NCBI GenBank assembly: GCA_963717075.1
Contig: CAVQVI010000023.1
Location: 16,778 to 80,777, forward strand
Source of the DNA: an uncultured Acidobacteriota bacterium
Lineage (GTDB): Bacteria > Acidobacteriota > Vicinamibacteria > Vicinamibacterales > CAVVIG01
Reading direction: 5' to 3'
DNA length: 64,000 nucleotides
Positions 30,147 through 39,062 of this stretch are shown one piece after another. Within the stretch, counting starts at the first letter, position 1. Each line of letters begins with the position of its first letter. A program made the position numbers and the translations under genes. The notes under the pieces are model-generated. The model ran no database searches. It had not been told where the DNA came from and saw nothing but the letters and a program-made list of their open reading frames with translations.

Positions 30147-31295
30147 ATGCGCGCTGTTCCTGTCGTGATGGCCGACCATGCCCGCGTCGATCTGGCTCGG
30201 ACCCTTCTGCAACACGCGATCGCGGGTCGAATCTTTCCATCCGCAGTCGCGGAAACTGGCGACAGCACCGGTGTTCTCTGGCGCGAGCCGTTTGGCCGAG
30301 TCACGTTCGACGAGGACTCACCGGCTGCGGACATCTCGACCATCTACGACTTGGCCTCGCTCACCAAGCCGATCGCCACGACACCCGTTGTGCTGCAGCT
30401 CGTCTCGGCGCAACGAATGGAACTCGATGAGCCGGTATCAGCGTGCTTTGCCGAGTGGCGAGGCCCAGATCGCGAGTGTGCGACGGTGCGTGATCTCCTG
30501 GAGCACGCAGCCGGACTTCCGGGGCGGCTCGTCGATCAACCCCCGCAGGGACGCCGCGAGTTCGAGCACGAAATTTGCCGCATGCCGCTCGAGTACGCCC
30601 CGCGGACGACATCAATCTACAGCGATCTGGGATTCATCCTGCTGGGGTTTACTGTTGAGGACCGAGGAGGTGCACCGCTTGCGACTCAGTTTGAGGCGAT
30701 TCGGATGCGGCTCAACGCGGCCACGGGAGAAACGGCCGTCGGCAGTCACGATCACGGCCGCGACAGGGGCGATGCTCGAGGCGTGCTCAGCTTCACGGTG
30801 TCGGAGGTTGTGCGATCACGGGTTGCTCCGACGCTCCCTCTTGCCGACGACACTCGGCGTGGCTCGGTGTTGACCGGAGCCGTGCACGACAACTATGCGG
30901 CCGCCCTCGGCGGTGTCGCCGGGCACTCGGGGCTGTTCGGTAACGTTGCCGGCGTGGGCGCCTTCGGGCGGGCCATCCTGCGCGGTGCGCGCGAGGACAC
31001 GTCGCTTTTCCCGCCCTTCACCTATCCATGGGTGATGGCGATGGCGCGGAAGAGCACCGTGCCTGGCAGCTCACGCGGCCTTGGGTGGGACACGATGCTG
31101 CCGACTTCATCGTGCGGAGCAGGCATGTCGTTCGCCGCGTTCGGACACGTTGGCTACACCGGCACATCGCTCTGGATTGATCCGATCCTCGATCGCTATT
31201 TTGTCCTGCTCACCAACCGCGCGTGCGGCGGTGGAACACTCGACCAGATGCGCGAGGTGCGCCGCGCCTTCCACGACGCACTCGTTCGGTTGTAA
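30147..31295 (+). CDS. Serine hydrolase, beta-lactamase/transpeptidase-like family
   Basis: S-x-x-K motif in IYDLASLTKPIATT, YSDLGFILLG, and HVGYTGTSLWIDP near the C-terminus. Confidence 0.75.
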   Translation: MRAVPVVMADHARVDLARTLLQHAIAGRIFPSAVAETGDSTGVLWREPFGRVTFDEDSPAADISTIYDLASLTKPIATTPVVLQLVSAQRMELDEPVSACFAEWRGPDRECATVRDLLEHAAGLPGRLVDQPPQGRREFEHEICRMPLEYAPRTTSIYSDLGFILLGFTVEDRGGAPLATQFEAIRMRLNAATGETAVGSHDHGRDRGDARGVLSFTVSEVVRSRVAPTLPLADDTRRGSVLTGAVHDNYAAALGGVAGHSGLFGNVAGVGAFGRAILRGAREDTSLFPPFTYPWVMAMARKSTVPGSSRGLGWDTMLPTSSCGAGMSFAAFGHVGYTGTSLWIDPILDRYFVLLTNRACGGGTLDQMREVRRAFHDALVRL

Positions 31296-31434
31296 TGCTG
31301 CTCGAGGTTCGACCTTCACGGTCGAGGGTCATGGCACCGCGGAGTTGCAGTTCCGACCGTCGGTCGGGCGTCATGCCGTGCCGCTGGAGGCGTCGGCCAG
31401 ACTTTCGGGTCTGGCGTGACGTCCTACCCGCATG

Positions 31435-32280
31435 CTAGCGTCCGACTGGAGTCCCACGTCCGCCGAAGCCGTCAGGTCCCATTCCAGGGCCAGGCGGGCC
31501 GGCAGGCCCTCCCCGACCAGCCGGATCGATGGGTCCGCCTCGACCGCGGCCGTCGGCGGGGCCTCCGCGGCCCCCATCCGGACCGCCCCTGCCCCGCCCG
31601 ATGGCGCCACCCAGGCCTCCACGCTGCGGCGGGCCACCGGTGGGTCCACCTTGCGGCCCAGATGGTGGCGTGGGTGGTGGAATGAACCGAAACTCCCACT
31701 CGTTGTAGTGCCCGCGCCCGTTGTAAAGGCGGAGTGACGCATTGGCGCTCTTGCTCACCACGCCAATCACACCCCCGGGAACATTGGTCCCAAATGGTCC
31801 TCCCTGAGCGACGTACGGTGACGAAGGGGAGGTGCCACCTTGTCCCGCCGAGGCGCCGCGTTGTCCCGCCGAGGACGCCGATGTCGTCGTGGACGCGGTC
31901 TGCCGCCCAATGGATTGACTGGCGCTCTGAGCCGCTTGTATCTGCGTCTGGGCACCTGCGGCGACCGCGCCAGGAATCAACAGGAAATCCTCACCGGTGA
32001 TGGGGTCTTTGTATTTGCGGCGAAGAAGATGCTGATCGAGGAGCACGTCGACATTCGGAGGCAGGACACCGGGCCCGGTCTTTCGCTGAAACAGACCGAT
32101 GGCGCGAGTGTACTGCTGGCCGCGGAAGACCAGCTCAGTCTCCTTCTCGCGCTGCGTCATCTGCTTCCAGACCGGCATGAGGGCGGTCATGAGGACGGCC
32201 GTGACGCTCAGGGCCACAAGAAGCGCCGCCATCGCATAACCCTGCTCAGGATTGCCCGCAGCTTGACCGCGTAACTCCAT
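31435..32280 (-). CDS. Atypical pseudopilin-like protein (no Glu5) with a Gly/Arg/Pro-rich tail
   Basis: Hydrophobic pilin-like N-terminus PEQG-YAMAALLVALSVTAVLM followed by ELVFRGQQYTRAIGLF. The C-terminal ~90 aa are RGG/PGG repeats. Start chosen at MELRGQ (32280); the track ORF extends to 32451 across the divergent gene start. Confidence 0.5.
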   Translation of the reverse strand: MELRGQAAGNPEQGYAMAALLVALSVTAVLMTALMPVWKQMTQREKETELVFRGQQYTRAIGLFQRKTGPGVLPPNVDVLLDQHLLRRKYKDPITGEDFLLIPGAVAAGAQTQIQAAQSASQSIGRQTASTTTSASSAGQRGASAGQGGTSPSSPYVAQGGPFGTNVPGGVIGVVSKSANASLRLYNGRGHYNEWEFRFIPPPTPPSGPQGGPTGGPPQRGGLGGAIGRGRGGPDGGRGGPADGRGRGGPIDPAGRGGPAGPPGPGMGPDGFGGRGTPVGR

Positions 32281-32305
32281 GGGACTTAAGATGTTAGAAG
32301 TATTC

Positions 32306-33574
32306 ATGGTATCACGCCTGGGCCGCCTGGTCGTTCTGAGTCTGGCTCTCCTGTTTTCCTTGGCCGCGCTGTCGTGCGAATCGGTGCCGCTGCTCGCGCC
32401 CACCGGGTCGACCATCGTGATTACCGCAGCGAATACGGCCATGCCGACCAACAGCAGCCTCCCGATCGTGGCTCACGTCGTAGAGTCCAGCGGAACGCCG
32501 CCGCACAGCGGCACGCGCGTCACCTTTACGACGTCTCTCGGCACGATTGAGCCGGCGTCCGCCGACACCGATGTTACCGGGCAGGTGGTGGTGACGTTCC
32601 AGTCCGGATCGTCAAGCGGCACGGCAACCATCACCGCATTCTCGGGCGGGGCGACAGTCGCCAAGGATGGCGCGGTCAAGATTGCCGTCGGCGCGGCGGC
32701 CGTCGGCCGGGTGACGCTCACTGCCAATCCAAATATCATCCAGGCCAACGGAGGGGTTGCGACCATCACGGCGAATGTCGCCGACATCAATGGCAACATC
32801 CTCAGCTCTGTTCCCGTGAATTTTGCGACATCAGCGGGCGCGTTGGGGAGTGCGGTCGTCAATACCAACTCGTCTGGCGTGGCGACGACGACGTTGACCA
32901 CGTCGGTGGCCGCAACGGTCACGGCCACGGTGGGTGTGTCTTCCTCAGGCACGGGCACGGGCACTGGCGCGGGCGGATCGACATCCGGGCAGGTGCAAGC
33001 GACCGTGACGGTGACCGTCAATCCGGTGCCGAACGTTTCCGTGAGCGCGCCAGGCGGCACCCTGACGGCGGGGTCTCCCATCACGTTCACGATTTCCGCC
33101 CAGCCGGCCGCGGGGAGCTCGACCCAGATTCGTAACGTCGGCATCGATTTCGGGGATGGGGCGAGTATCGATCTCGGCGCCGTGTCCGGCACGAATCTCA
33201 ATGTTCAACACTCGTATGCCTCGGGCGGCAACTACACCGTGCGCGTGACCGCGACGGACTTTCTGAATGCCACCACGTCGGCAGCCACCGCGATCGTCGT
33301 GTTGCCACAGGCTCCGATGAGTGTGGTCATCTCGTCGTCCAGGACGGTGAACGGCACGGACGCAAACTTCACCTTCACCGCGACTGTGACCCCGGCCACG
33401 ACCATCGTATCGAACTACACGTGGAATTTTGGAGACGGCAGTCCGTCCGTGGTCACGACCTCTTCACAGACCACGCATATATACACAGTGGGATCGGGCT
33501 CGAAGAATGTGTCCGTGACTGCCACCGCTACGACCGGCCAGACGGCGAGCAGCTCGGTCTTCGTCACGCCGTGA
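32306..33574 (+). CDS. Lipoprotein with Ig-like (Big) repeats and two PKD domains
   Basis: Signal plus lipobox MVSRLGRLVVLSLALLFSLAALSC. Repeated GTATITA/VTATV Ig-like segments. PKD signatures IDFGDGAS...YTVRVTATD and WNFGDGSP...VSVTATA. Confidence 0.7.
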   Translation: MVSRLGRLVVLSLALLFSLAALSCESVPLLAPTGSTIVITAANTAMPTNSSLPIVAHVVESSGTPPHSGTRVTFTTSLGTIEPASADTDVTGQVVVTFQSGSSSGTATITAFSGGATVAKDGAVKIAVGAAAVGRVTLTANPNIIQANGGVATITANVADINGNILSSVPVNFATSAGALGSAVVNTNSSGVATTTLTTSVAATVTATVGVSSSGTGTGTGAGGSTSGQVQATVTVTVNPVPNVSVSAPGGTLTAGSPITFTISAQPAAGSSTQIRNVGIDFGDGASIDLGAVSGTNLNVQHSYASGGNYTVRVTATDFLNATTSAATAIVVLPQAPMSVVISSSRTVNGTDANFTFTATVTPATTIVSNYTWNFGDGSPSVVTTSSQTTHIYTVGSGSKNVSVTATATTGQTASSSVFVTP

Positions 33575-33636
33575 TGTAGTAGACCCGAGCTGACACTCGG
33601 GCGGACGATCTCCCCCTAGAGGTCTTCAGCGAGCTG

Positions 33637-34044
33637 CTACCACTCAGAATACCGAGTGCCGTCGGAGGCTGTTTGATCCGAGCCGCTCTTGATGTCGTAG
33701 ATGCCGGGCGCTGCCGTGGGAGTGCGGGGATTGGGCTCGGCGGGCGAGGTCTGCCACGTGGTTTCAGAATTCGTGAATGGATCCTTGGGAATGGTCCGGA
33801 GATAGCCCTCGCTCACGAGCGAATCGAGCGCCGGCGGGTACTCATTTTTGTCCGCGAAATACTGATCGACCGCGTCACGCATCCGGAACAAGTCTTCTTT
33901 GAGCACCGCTTCCTTGGAAAAGATGATGCTGCGCCGGTACTGCACGAGCCCCATGGATGCCAGGACGACGATGATGGTCATGACGACCATCAGTTCGATG
34001 AGGGTGAAGCCGCGCTGGTTCCGTGAATTTGATAATCTGGTCAT
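33637..34044 (-). CDS. gspG: GspG/PulG-type major pseudopilin
   Basis: Prepilin motif RG-FTLIELMVV with Glu5, then EAVLKEDLFRMRDAVDQYFADKNEYP and IPKDPF, typical of GspG. Start at MTRLSNS; the track ORF is over-extended to 34158. Confidence 0.8.
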   Translation of the reverse strand: MTRLSNSRNQRGFTLIELMVVMTIIVVLASMGLVQYRRSIIFSKEAVLKEDLFRMRDAVDQYFADKNEYPPALDSLVSEGYLRTIPKDPFTNSETTWQTSPAEPNPRTPTAAPGIYDIKSGSDQTASDGTRYSEW

Positions 34045-34152
34045 CTCGTCATCTGGTAATTGGGCAACACGTCCGGCGCCGCGACGGGCGCTGCGCGCCG
34101 CTCGGTGCCGAACTCCCTCAATGACCACATGACCAGATGACCAGATGACCAA
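34037..34152. repeat. Inverted arrays of 8-nt repeats flanking a GC-rich spacer, overlapping the pseudopilin start codon
   Basis: Arm 1 is ctggtcat ctcgtcat ctggtaat (34037-34060). Arm 2 is atgaccac atgaccag atgaccag atgaccaa (34121-34152). Positions 34038-34057 and 34132-34151 are complementary at 19 of 20 positions. Confidence 0.85.
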
Positions 34153-34166
34153 ATTCACCGTTCCCC

Positions 34167-34730
34167 TTACCAGTCCCTGTACTTCGTGCCGTCCAGCGCC
34201 GTTCCGTCGTACGTCGTGTAGACGTCAAACACGCTCTGTCCGCCCCAGCTGCGTGAATCCGGGTTGTCCTGGTAGGAGCGGAGGCCCCAGTCTGTGCTGT
34301 GCGTCATCGGATCGATTGGCACGCGGCGCAGGAACTTCAGTTTTCGCCCAGTTGCGTCGTTGTTGGCCGCCACGCCGTCCACGAGCGTCTGCAGTTTCGG
34401 CGGGTAGTTCTCCGCCCCGGCCTTGAGATCCAGCGGAGAAATCTGCTGGAGGTCCGCGGCATCCTTGAATTTGTCGATCGCGGTTCTGATGTCGCGCAGC
34501 GCCCGCCGCAGCTCCGTTTCGCGCTGCCGCGTCGCCGTCACCTTGGCCAGAGGCATCACCGCCGACGCCAGGATCAGAATGATGGTCGACACCACGAGCA
34601 ATTCGACGAAGGTGTACCCGGCGTGCCCTCGGGAATGCGCAGCGACCACCGCGGAGCGCGCAGAGCTCACGGGGCGAACTGTTCTCTGCGGTCTCTGCGG
34701 TGATCGTTGTTCAGACATGAAGATGGACAC
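34167..34730 (-). CDS. Pseudopilin (type II secretion / type IV pilin-like) protein
   Basis: Prepilin motif HAG-YTFVELLVV (Glu5 present), then RETELRRALRDIRTAIDKFKD. ATG at 34718 or GTG at 34730, the latter overlapping the secretin stop. Confidence 0.7.
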   Translation of the reverse strand: MSIFMSEQRSPQRPQRTVRPVSSARSAVVAAHSRGHAGYTFVELLVVSTIILILASAVMPLAKVTATRQRETELRRALRDIRTAIDKFKDAADLQQISPLDLKAGAENYPPKLQTLVDGVAANNDATGRKLKFLRRVPIDPMTHSTDWGLRSYQDNPDSRSWGGQSVFDVYTTYDGTALDGTKYRDW

Positions 34731-37228
34731 TACGGCTGAATCGTGAGCGTGATGGGTCGCAGCTGAAGTCCCATCGGCGTGCCGCCGGGCCCGGTCGCGA
34801 CACCGCTGATCGTCAACGGCGCGGTGCCGCCGCCAATCGCGTCGAAAAGAATCGAACCGAGCAACCCCGCGCCGGATGCGCCCGTGCTGTCATTGGGACG
34901 CGTGATGACGATGTCCACGCGCCCGGTGCCTGGCTGCTGGCTGAAGGTGGCGTTCGCGCCCCCCGATCGCATGAAGCTCCCCTCCTGGACGGACCGCACG
35001 CGAAGGCGCGCTGGGTCAAACGCGACGGTGATCGAAATCGTCGACAGCCGCGACGCGTTGCTGACCGTAATTGGCACGTTGTACGGCCCACCGCCCACTC
35101 GGAATGGCGTGGCCGGGGGCGTGAGCACGATGAGCGCCGACCCCATTCCAGCGGTCGTGATCGGCGGATCCGATACGGCTGGTGGAGCCTGCGGCAACTG
35201 GCCGGCCTGCGGCGGGGGCGCCGCCGCAGGATCGGCTGGGGCGGGCGCAGGAACCGGAACAGCGGGAGCCGGAGGAGCGGGCGACGGGCGGGACCGGGGT
35301 TGGAACAGGCGTCGCGACAGTGCCAGGCACCGGAGAACTCCCGACCGGTGGCCCAATGGTGACGCCACCGCCAACGCCCGGAGCTGGCGCTGGCGCCGCG
35401 GTCGCGCCGGAGGCGCATCCGGCACGCTGATGAGCGGCGGCGGTCCACCGAGCGACCAGTTCACGCCCGATCCAAGGAAGATTGGCCGTAGATCCTCCGC
35501 GGAAATCTCCTTGCTGCGCACGACGTGCGGCGTCAGTAGCATGACGATATCGGTCTGCTTGATGCTGTTGTCGTTCGACGAGAACACCTGCTTCAGAAAT
35601 GGAACATGAATGGCACCGGGGAATCCGGTCAGGCTCTTCCGCTCCTCCTCTTTCAGCAGGCCGGCCAGCAGGTTCGACTCCCCGTCGCGCAGGCGCAGCC
35701 GCGAGGTGACCGAACGCGTCCCGATCGTTGGAGAGCTGACGCCGTTCACCACGAGGCTGGGGCCGAGCGAGCTGTTGTCGATGACGAGGTCGAGGATGAT
35801 ATCGCCCTCCACCGTCACTCGTGGTGTCAGGTCGAGATTCACACCAACGTCCGTATAGGTAAAGGTCGTCAACGGATTCGTGCTGGCGCCCCCCGTGGCA
35901 ATCGGTGTGAACGTGGTGGAGGGCAGCGGCACCTTGTCACCCAGGCGGAGGAGTAGCTTCGTGCCTTCCGTGCCTCTCAGCTGTGGCTTCGCGATGAGCT
36001 TCGTCTGTGTATCGGTTTCGAGAAACTTCACGACGGCCGCCGGCACCGCGAGGTAGAAATCAGCCGCGCTCACGCCCTTCGAAAGCGTGTTCAGATTGAA
36101 GAGGGCCGGCGACACAACGGTCGACGGAGGTTGCGACTGGCCAGTAATCGGGTCGGTCCCGCCGGCGGTCCTCTGCAGCCCTGGCTTCTCTTCCGGCGAG
36201 AGCACGGTCCCAATGGCGTAGTCCGAAAGCTTCAGCCCGTACTGTTTGGCGCGGTCGCGATTGACTTCGAGGATCTCCACATCGATGACGACCTCAGCCG
36301 GTGGCTTGTCGTTCAGCTTGATGATCCTGTCGATGATCTGCATCATCGAAACCGTCGCCTTCGCCACGATGGTGTTGGTCGACGGACTGGCAGAGATCAG
36401 CGGCTGCACGCCGATGCCCGTCGGGCGGACGAGCTGGCTGAGAAGCGCCGCAAGCTCTGTCGGGTTCGCATGCGAGACGGGAAACGTCTGAATCACCTGG
36501 TCGTCGAGCAACTGGTGCTTGGCGGCAGTGTCGGCAAACACGAGAATCATGCGAGGGGTCAGGACCTTGTACGACAGCTGATTCGCGGTCATGATCTGAT
36601 TGAGCGCCTGATCGATCGTCAGCCCTTCCAGTTGAACCGAGGTCTGGCGAAGCACGCCCTGGTTGCCCGTGACCTCGAGATCGCGGTCGAAGGTGATGTT
36701 GATGCCGACCGAATTGGCGAGCGCGTTGAGAATGTCGCGCACGGCGGTGTTCGTCGCGCTGAACGTGATGGGCTCCCGCGAGGCGGGATTGAGCAGCGGA
36801 ACCGGAGATGTGGCTCGTGCGCGCTCCTGCATTTCCTGGAAGGGCCGGGGACGCGTGGCTTCGATGCGATCCCTGATGGTCCGATCGAGCGCGGCGACCT
36901 TGGCCTCGGCCAGACGGTTGCTCGGGTCGTATTCCGCTCCGAGGCGATACTCGCCGCGAGCCGCTTCGAGCTGATCCTGCGCTTCAAATTCCTTGGCGCG
37001 CTCCAGATGCGCCCGAGACGCCGCCAGCATGGCGCGCTGCAGCGCGATCTGATAATTGGCGTTGTCGGCGTCGGACTGGGTGGCGCGCCGGTAGTGCGCG
37101 ACCGCCTGATCGAGATCGCCCGCCTTCATCGCGTCGTCGCCCTGGCGCATCGCCTTGCTGGCCGTACATCCGGATGCGAGCAGCGCCGCCGCCAGCCATA
37201 TCCCTGGTGCTCTGAAGCGTGTCGTCAC
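34730..37228 (-). CDS. Secretin (PilQ/GspD family) lipoprotein with N-terminal TPR and a C-terminal cohesin-like domain
   Basis: AGGAG-N4-GTG start, then signal plus lipobox WLAAALLASGC and TPR-like helices. Secretin core: TRSVTSRLRLRDGESNLLAGLL...FPGAIHVPFLKQVFS...IVMLLTPHVV. A Pro/Ala linker precedes a cohesin-like beta-sandwich (VPITVSNASRLSTISITVAFDPARLRVRSVQEGSF...). Confidence 0.85.
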   Translation of the reverse strand: MTTRFRAPGIWLAAALLASGCTASKAMRQGDDAMKAGDLDQAVAHYRRATQSDADNANYQIALQRAMLAASRAHLERAKEFEAQDQLEAARGEYRLGAEYDPSNRLAEAKVAALDRTIRDRIEATRPRPFQEMQERARATSPVPLLNPASREPITFSATNTAVRDILNALANSVGINITFDRDLEVTGNQGVLRQTSVQLEGLTIDQALNQIMTANQLSYKVLTPRMILVFADTAAKHQLLDDQVIQTFPVSHANPTELAALLSQLVRPTGIGVQPLISASPSTNTIVAKATVSMMQIIDRIIKLNDKPPAEVVIDVEILEVNRDRAKQYGLKLSDYAIGTVLSPEEKPGLQRTAGGTDPITGQSQPPSTVVSPALFNLNTLSKGVSAADFYLAVPAAVVKFLETDTQTKLIAKPQLRGTEGTKLLLRLGDKVPLPSTTFTPIATGGASTNPLTTFTYTDVGVNLDLTPRVTVEGDIILDLVIDNSSLGPSLVVNGVSSPTIGTRSVTSRLRLRDGESNLLAGLLKEEERKSLTGFPGAIHVPFLKQVFSSNDNSIKQTDIVMLLTPHVVRSKEISAEDLRPIFLGSGVNWSLGGPPPLISVPDAPPARPRRQRQLRALAVASPLGHRSGVLRCLALSRRLFQPRSRPSPAPPAPAVPVPAPAPADPAAAPPPQAGQLPQAPPAVSDPPITTAGMGSALIVLTPPATPFRVGGGPYNVPITVSNASRLSTISITVAFDPARLRVRSVQEGSFMRSGGANATFSQQPGTGRVDIVITRPNDSTGASGAGLLGSILFDAIGGGTAPLTISGVATGPGGTPMGLQLRPITLTIQP

Positions 37229-37322
37229 AGTGCTCCTACAATTCGCGATGTCCGATTCCCGATGTGCCAATCGCCAGAGCGGGATGCTCCGTGTTCACAC
37301 TCTGCACTTTCCCATTCCAGGA

Positions 37323-37865
37323 TCACGACCCGCTCATCCGGATCGCCTTTCGTCCGCGGCCGTCGAGATACGAGATGTCGATCGATTCCACGCCAATCCG
37401 CCAGATCTTGTAACGCCCCTCGATCGTGTCGCCTTCCTTGCCGTAGATGGAATGCCCTAGGCTGTCAATCAGTACCGCAATCTTCACCGGCCCCTGTGTC
37501 AGGATGCCCGCGAATTTCAGCGGGATGTCCGGCAGCGGCGGCGGTCCAGACGGCACGGAAGGTGTGGCTGGAGCTGGCCTCGGGACAGCTGGCGCCGGGG
37601 GGGGCGCCGGCGCCGGCTTCGGCTTGAACCGGAACAGGTTTCGATTCACACCCTCCGGCTTCGGCCGGGCGGCGTTCAACGCCTCGAGGTGGACGTCAGG
37701 CGCTGTCATCGGCGGCGCCGATGCGCCGGACGTCGAACTCCTCACCTTAGACGCCGGGCGCGCGGCGGCGGTCGTCGGTCGCGGCCAGTAGACATACAGC
37801 GCCGCGCTGAGCAGCACAGTCACGAGTGCGGACAGCGCGATCTGCTGGCGGCGCTTAGGCTCCAT
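37323..37865 (-). CDS. PilP/GspC-like pilot/alignment protein
   Basis: TM anchor, a Pro-rich spacer, RNLFRF, then a small beta domain (LKFAGIL...IAVLID...GDTIEGRYKIWRIG). Confidence 0.55.
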   Translation of the reverse strand: MEPKRRQQIALSALVTVLLSAALYVYWPRPTTAAARPASKVRSSTSGASAPPMTAPDVHLEALNAARPKPEGVNRNLFRFKPKPAPAPPPAPAVPRPAPATPSVPSGPPPLPDIPLKFAGILTQGPVKIAVLIDSLGHSIYGKEGDTIEGRYKIWRIGVESIDISYLDGRGRKAIRMSGS

Positions 37866-38439
37866 GGTCCCGCAGGCGAAAATAGGTGGACATGGTCACA
37901 GTGAACGTCAGCGGCTCGTTGGGGTTTCCCTCAGTCAGCAGCACGTTGTCCACGATCAGAAATTCCGGCGCGCTCTCGAGCGCGTAGATGAACTCTCGAA
38001 AGTCCTCATAACTGCCCTGCAGCACCATGGTCATCACCAGGTGCCCGAGCTTCTGGTTCTTCTGCGACCCGGCCATTTCGATCTCAGACGTGCGTCGCGA
38101 AAACATCACGCCGCTCTTGCGTGCCAGTGCGGGCAGGCTCGCGTACGTCATACGGATGGCCGCCTCGTGGCTCGCGGGAAGGACCTTCTCGTAGAAGTCA
38201 TTCAACTCGTTGTCTGCGCTCGCCTTCCCGGTGACCAGGCCGCGCGCGGCGGCCTGGTCGCGCTCGGCCGTGCGCAACGCGGCGGCGGCGACTGCGGCCC
38301 GGTCCGTCGCGCCCGCCGCCTTGACACCACGGGGCCGAACCACCAGTACGTAGGCCACCAGGTTCAAAAACAGCGCGGCCGCGAGGGGCAGTACGAGGTG
38401 GCGCTTCTCGGTCAGGATGCGCGTCACGAGCGGCGTCAT
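37855..38439 (-). CDS. pilO: PilO/GspM-like inner-membrane alignment protein
   Basis: 194 aa with an N-terminal TM segment, a coiled coil and a ferredoxin-like C-terminus. ATGA overlap with the upstream PilN-like gene. Confidence 0.6.
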   Translation of the reverse strand: MTPLVTRILTEKRHLVLPLAAALFLNLVAYVLVVRPRGVKAAGATDRAAVAAAALRTAERDQAAARGLVTGKASADNELNDFYEKVLPASHEAAIRMTYASLPALARKSGVMFSRRTSEIEMAGSQKNQKLGHLVMTMVLQGSYEDFREFIYALESAPEFLIVDNVLLTEGNPNEPLTFTVTMSTYFRLRDHGA

Positions 38440-39062
38440 CGCCCGACATCCTTTGCTATCGTTTTGACCGTTGCCGCCGTCTCGACGGCCGGAGGCCGCT
38501 GAACGATCGATGGATGGTAGACCGCCTGCAGGATGACCTCCAGCTGACCGTTCTCGGGATTGACCAGTTCCTGAGCAGCCAGGACTTCGGAGAAGGCTTT
38601 TGTGGCCTCCAGATTCTCGATGAACTGGTTGACGTTCTCCACATCGCGGGCGAGGATGCTGATGGTCAGCAGGATGCCGCGCGAATGGTCGAGGGTGTGC
38701 CGGAGCGAGGTGATTCGCACGTCCGCCGGCAGCGTGGCCTCGAAGCGATTGAACACTTCGGTCCAGGAGAATGTTCGTCGGTCGATGAGCTCGTTGGCTG
38801 CCCGTGCCTCGATTGAAGCGGCTTCTATCTGCGCGGTGTCCACGCTTGCGCGGAGGCGCGTCGCGTCGGCGCGGAGATCCCTCGCGCGCTGCTCGTCGCG
38901 TGCAGCCTGGGTCGCCTGCTCGGTGTCGCTTCTGGAGTGATGAATCAGACGCTGGACGTTGAAGATCGTGGCCGCCACCACGAGTGCACCGATCACGCCC
39001 AGCCAGAACCGGACGGCCGCTTCGTTGTAGAACGGCCGCGTCGAGAGATTGGTCCGGATCAT
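38436..39062 (-). CDS. pilN: PilN-like (fimbrial assembly) protein
   Basis: MIRTNLSTRPFYNE N-terminus, a TM segment, a coiled coil and a C-terminal alpha/beta domain. Its ATG overlaps the stop of the corrected PilM frame (ATGA). Confidence 0.7.
   Translation of the reverse strand: MIRTNLSTRPFYNEAAVRFWLGVIGALVVAATIFNVQRLIHHSRSDTEQATQAARDEQRARDLRADATRLRASVDTAQIEAASIEARAANELIDRRTFSWTEVFNRFEATLPADVRITSLRHTLDHSRGILLTISILARDVENVNQFIENLEATKAFSEVLAAQELVNPENGQLEVILQAVYHPSIVQRPPAVETAATVKTIAKDVGR

Noticed and set aside
32279-32451. Upstream extensions of the divergent ORFs 31435..32451 (-) and 32279..33574 (+), whose longest forms overlap each other
   Set aside because: Signal-peptide/lipobox position (plus gene, Met at 32306) and the pilin-type N-terminus (minus gene, Met at 32280) indicate shorter genes. 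The extended versions would put both start regions inside each other.
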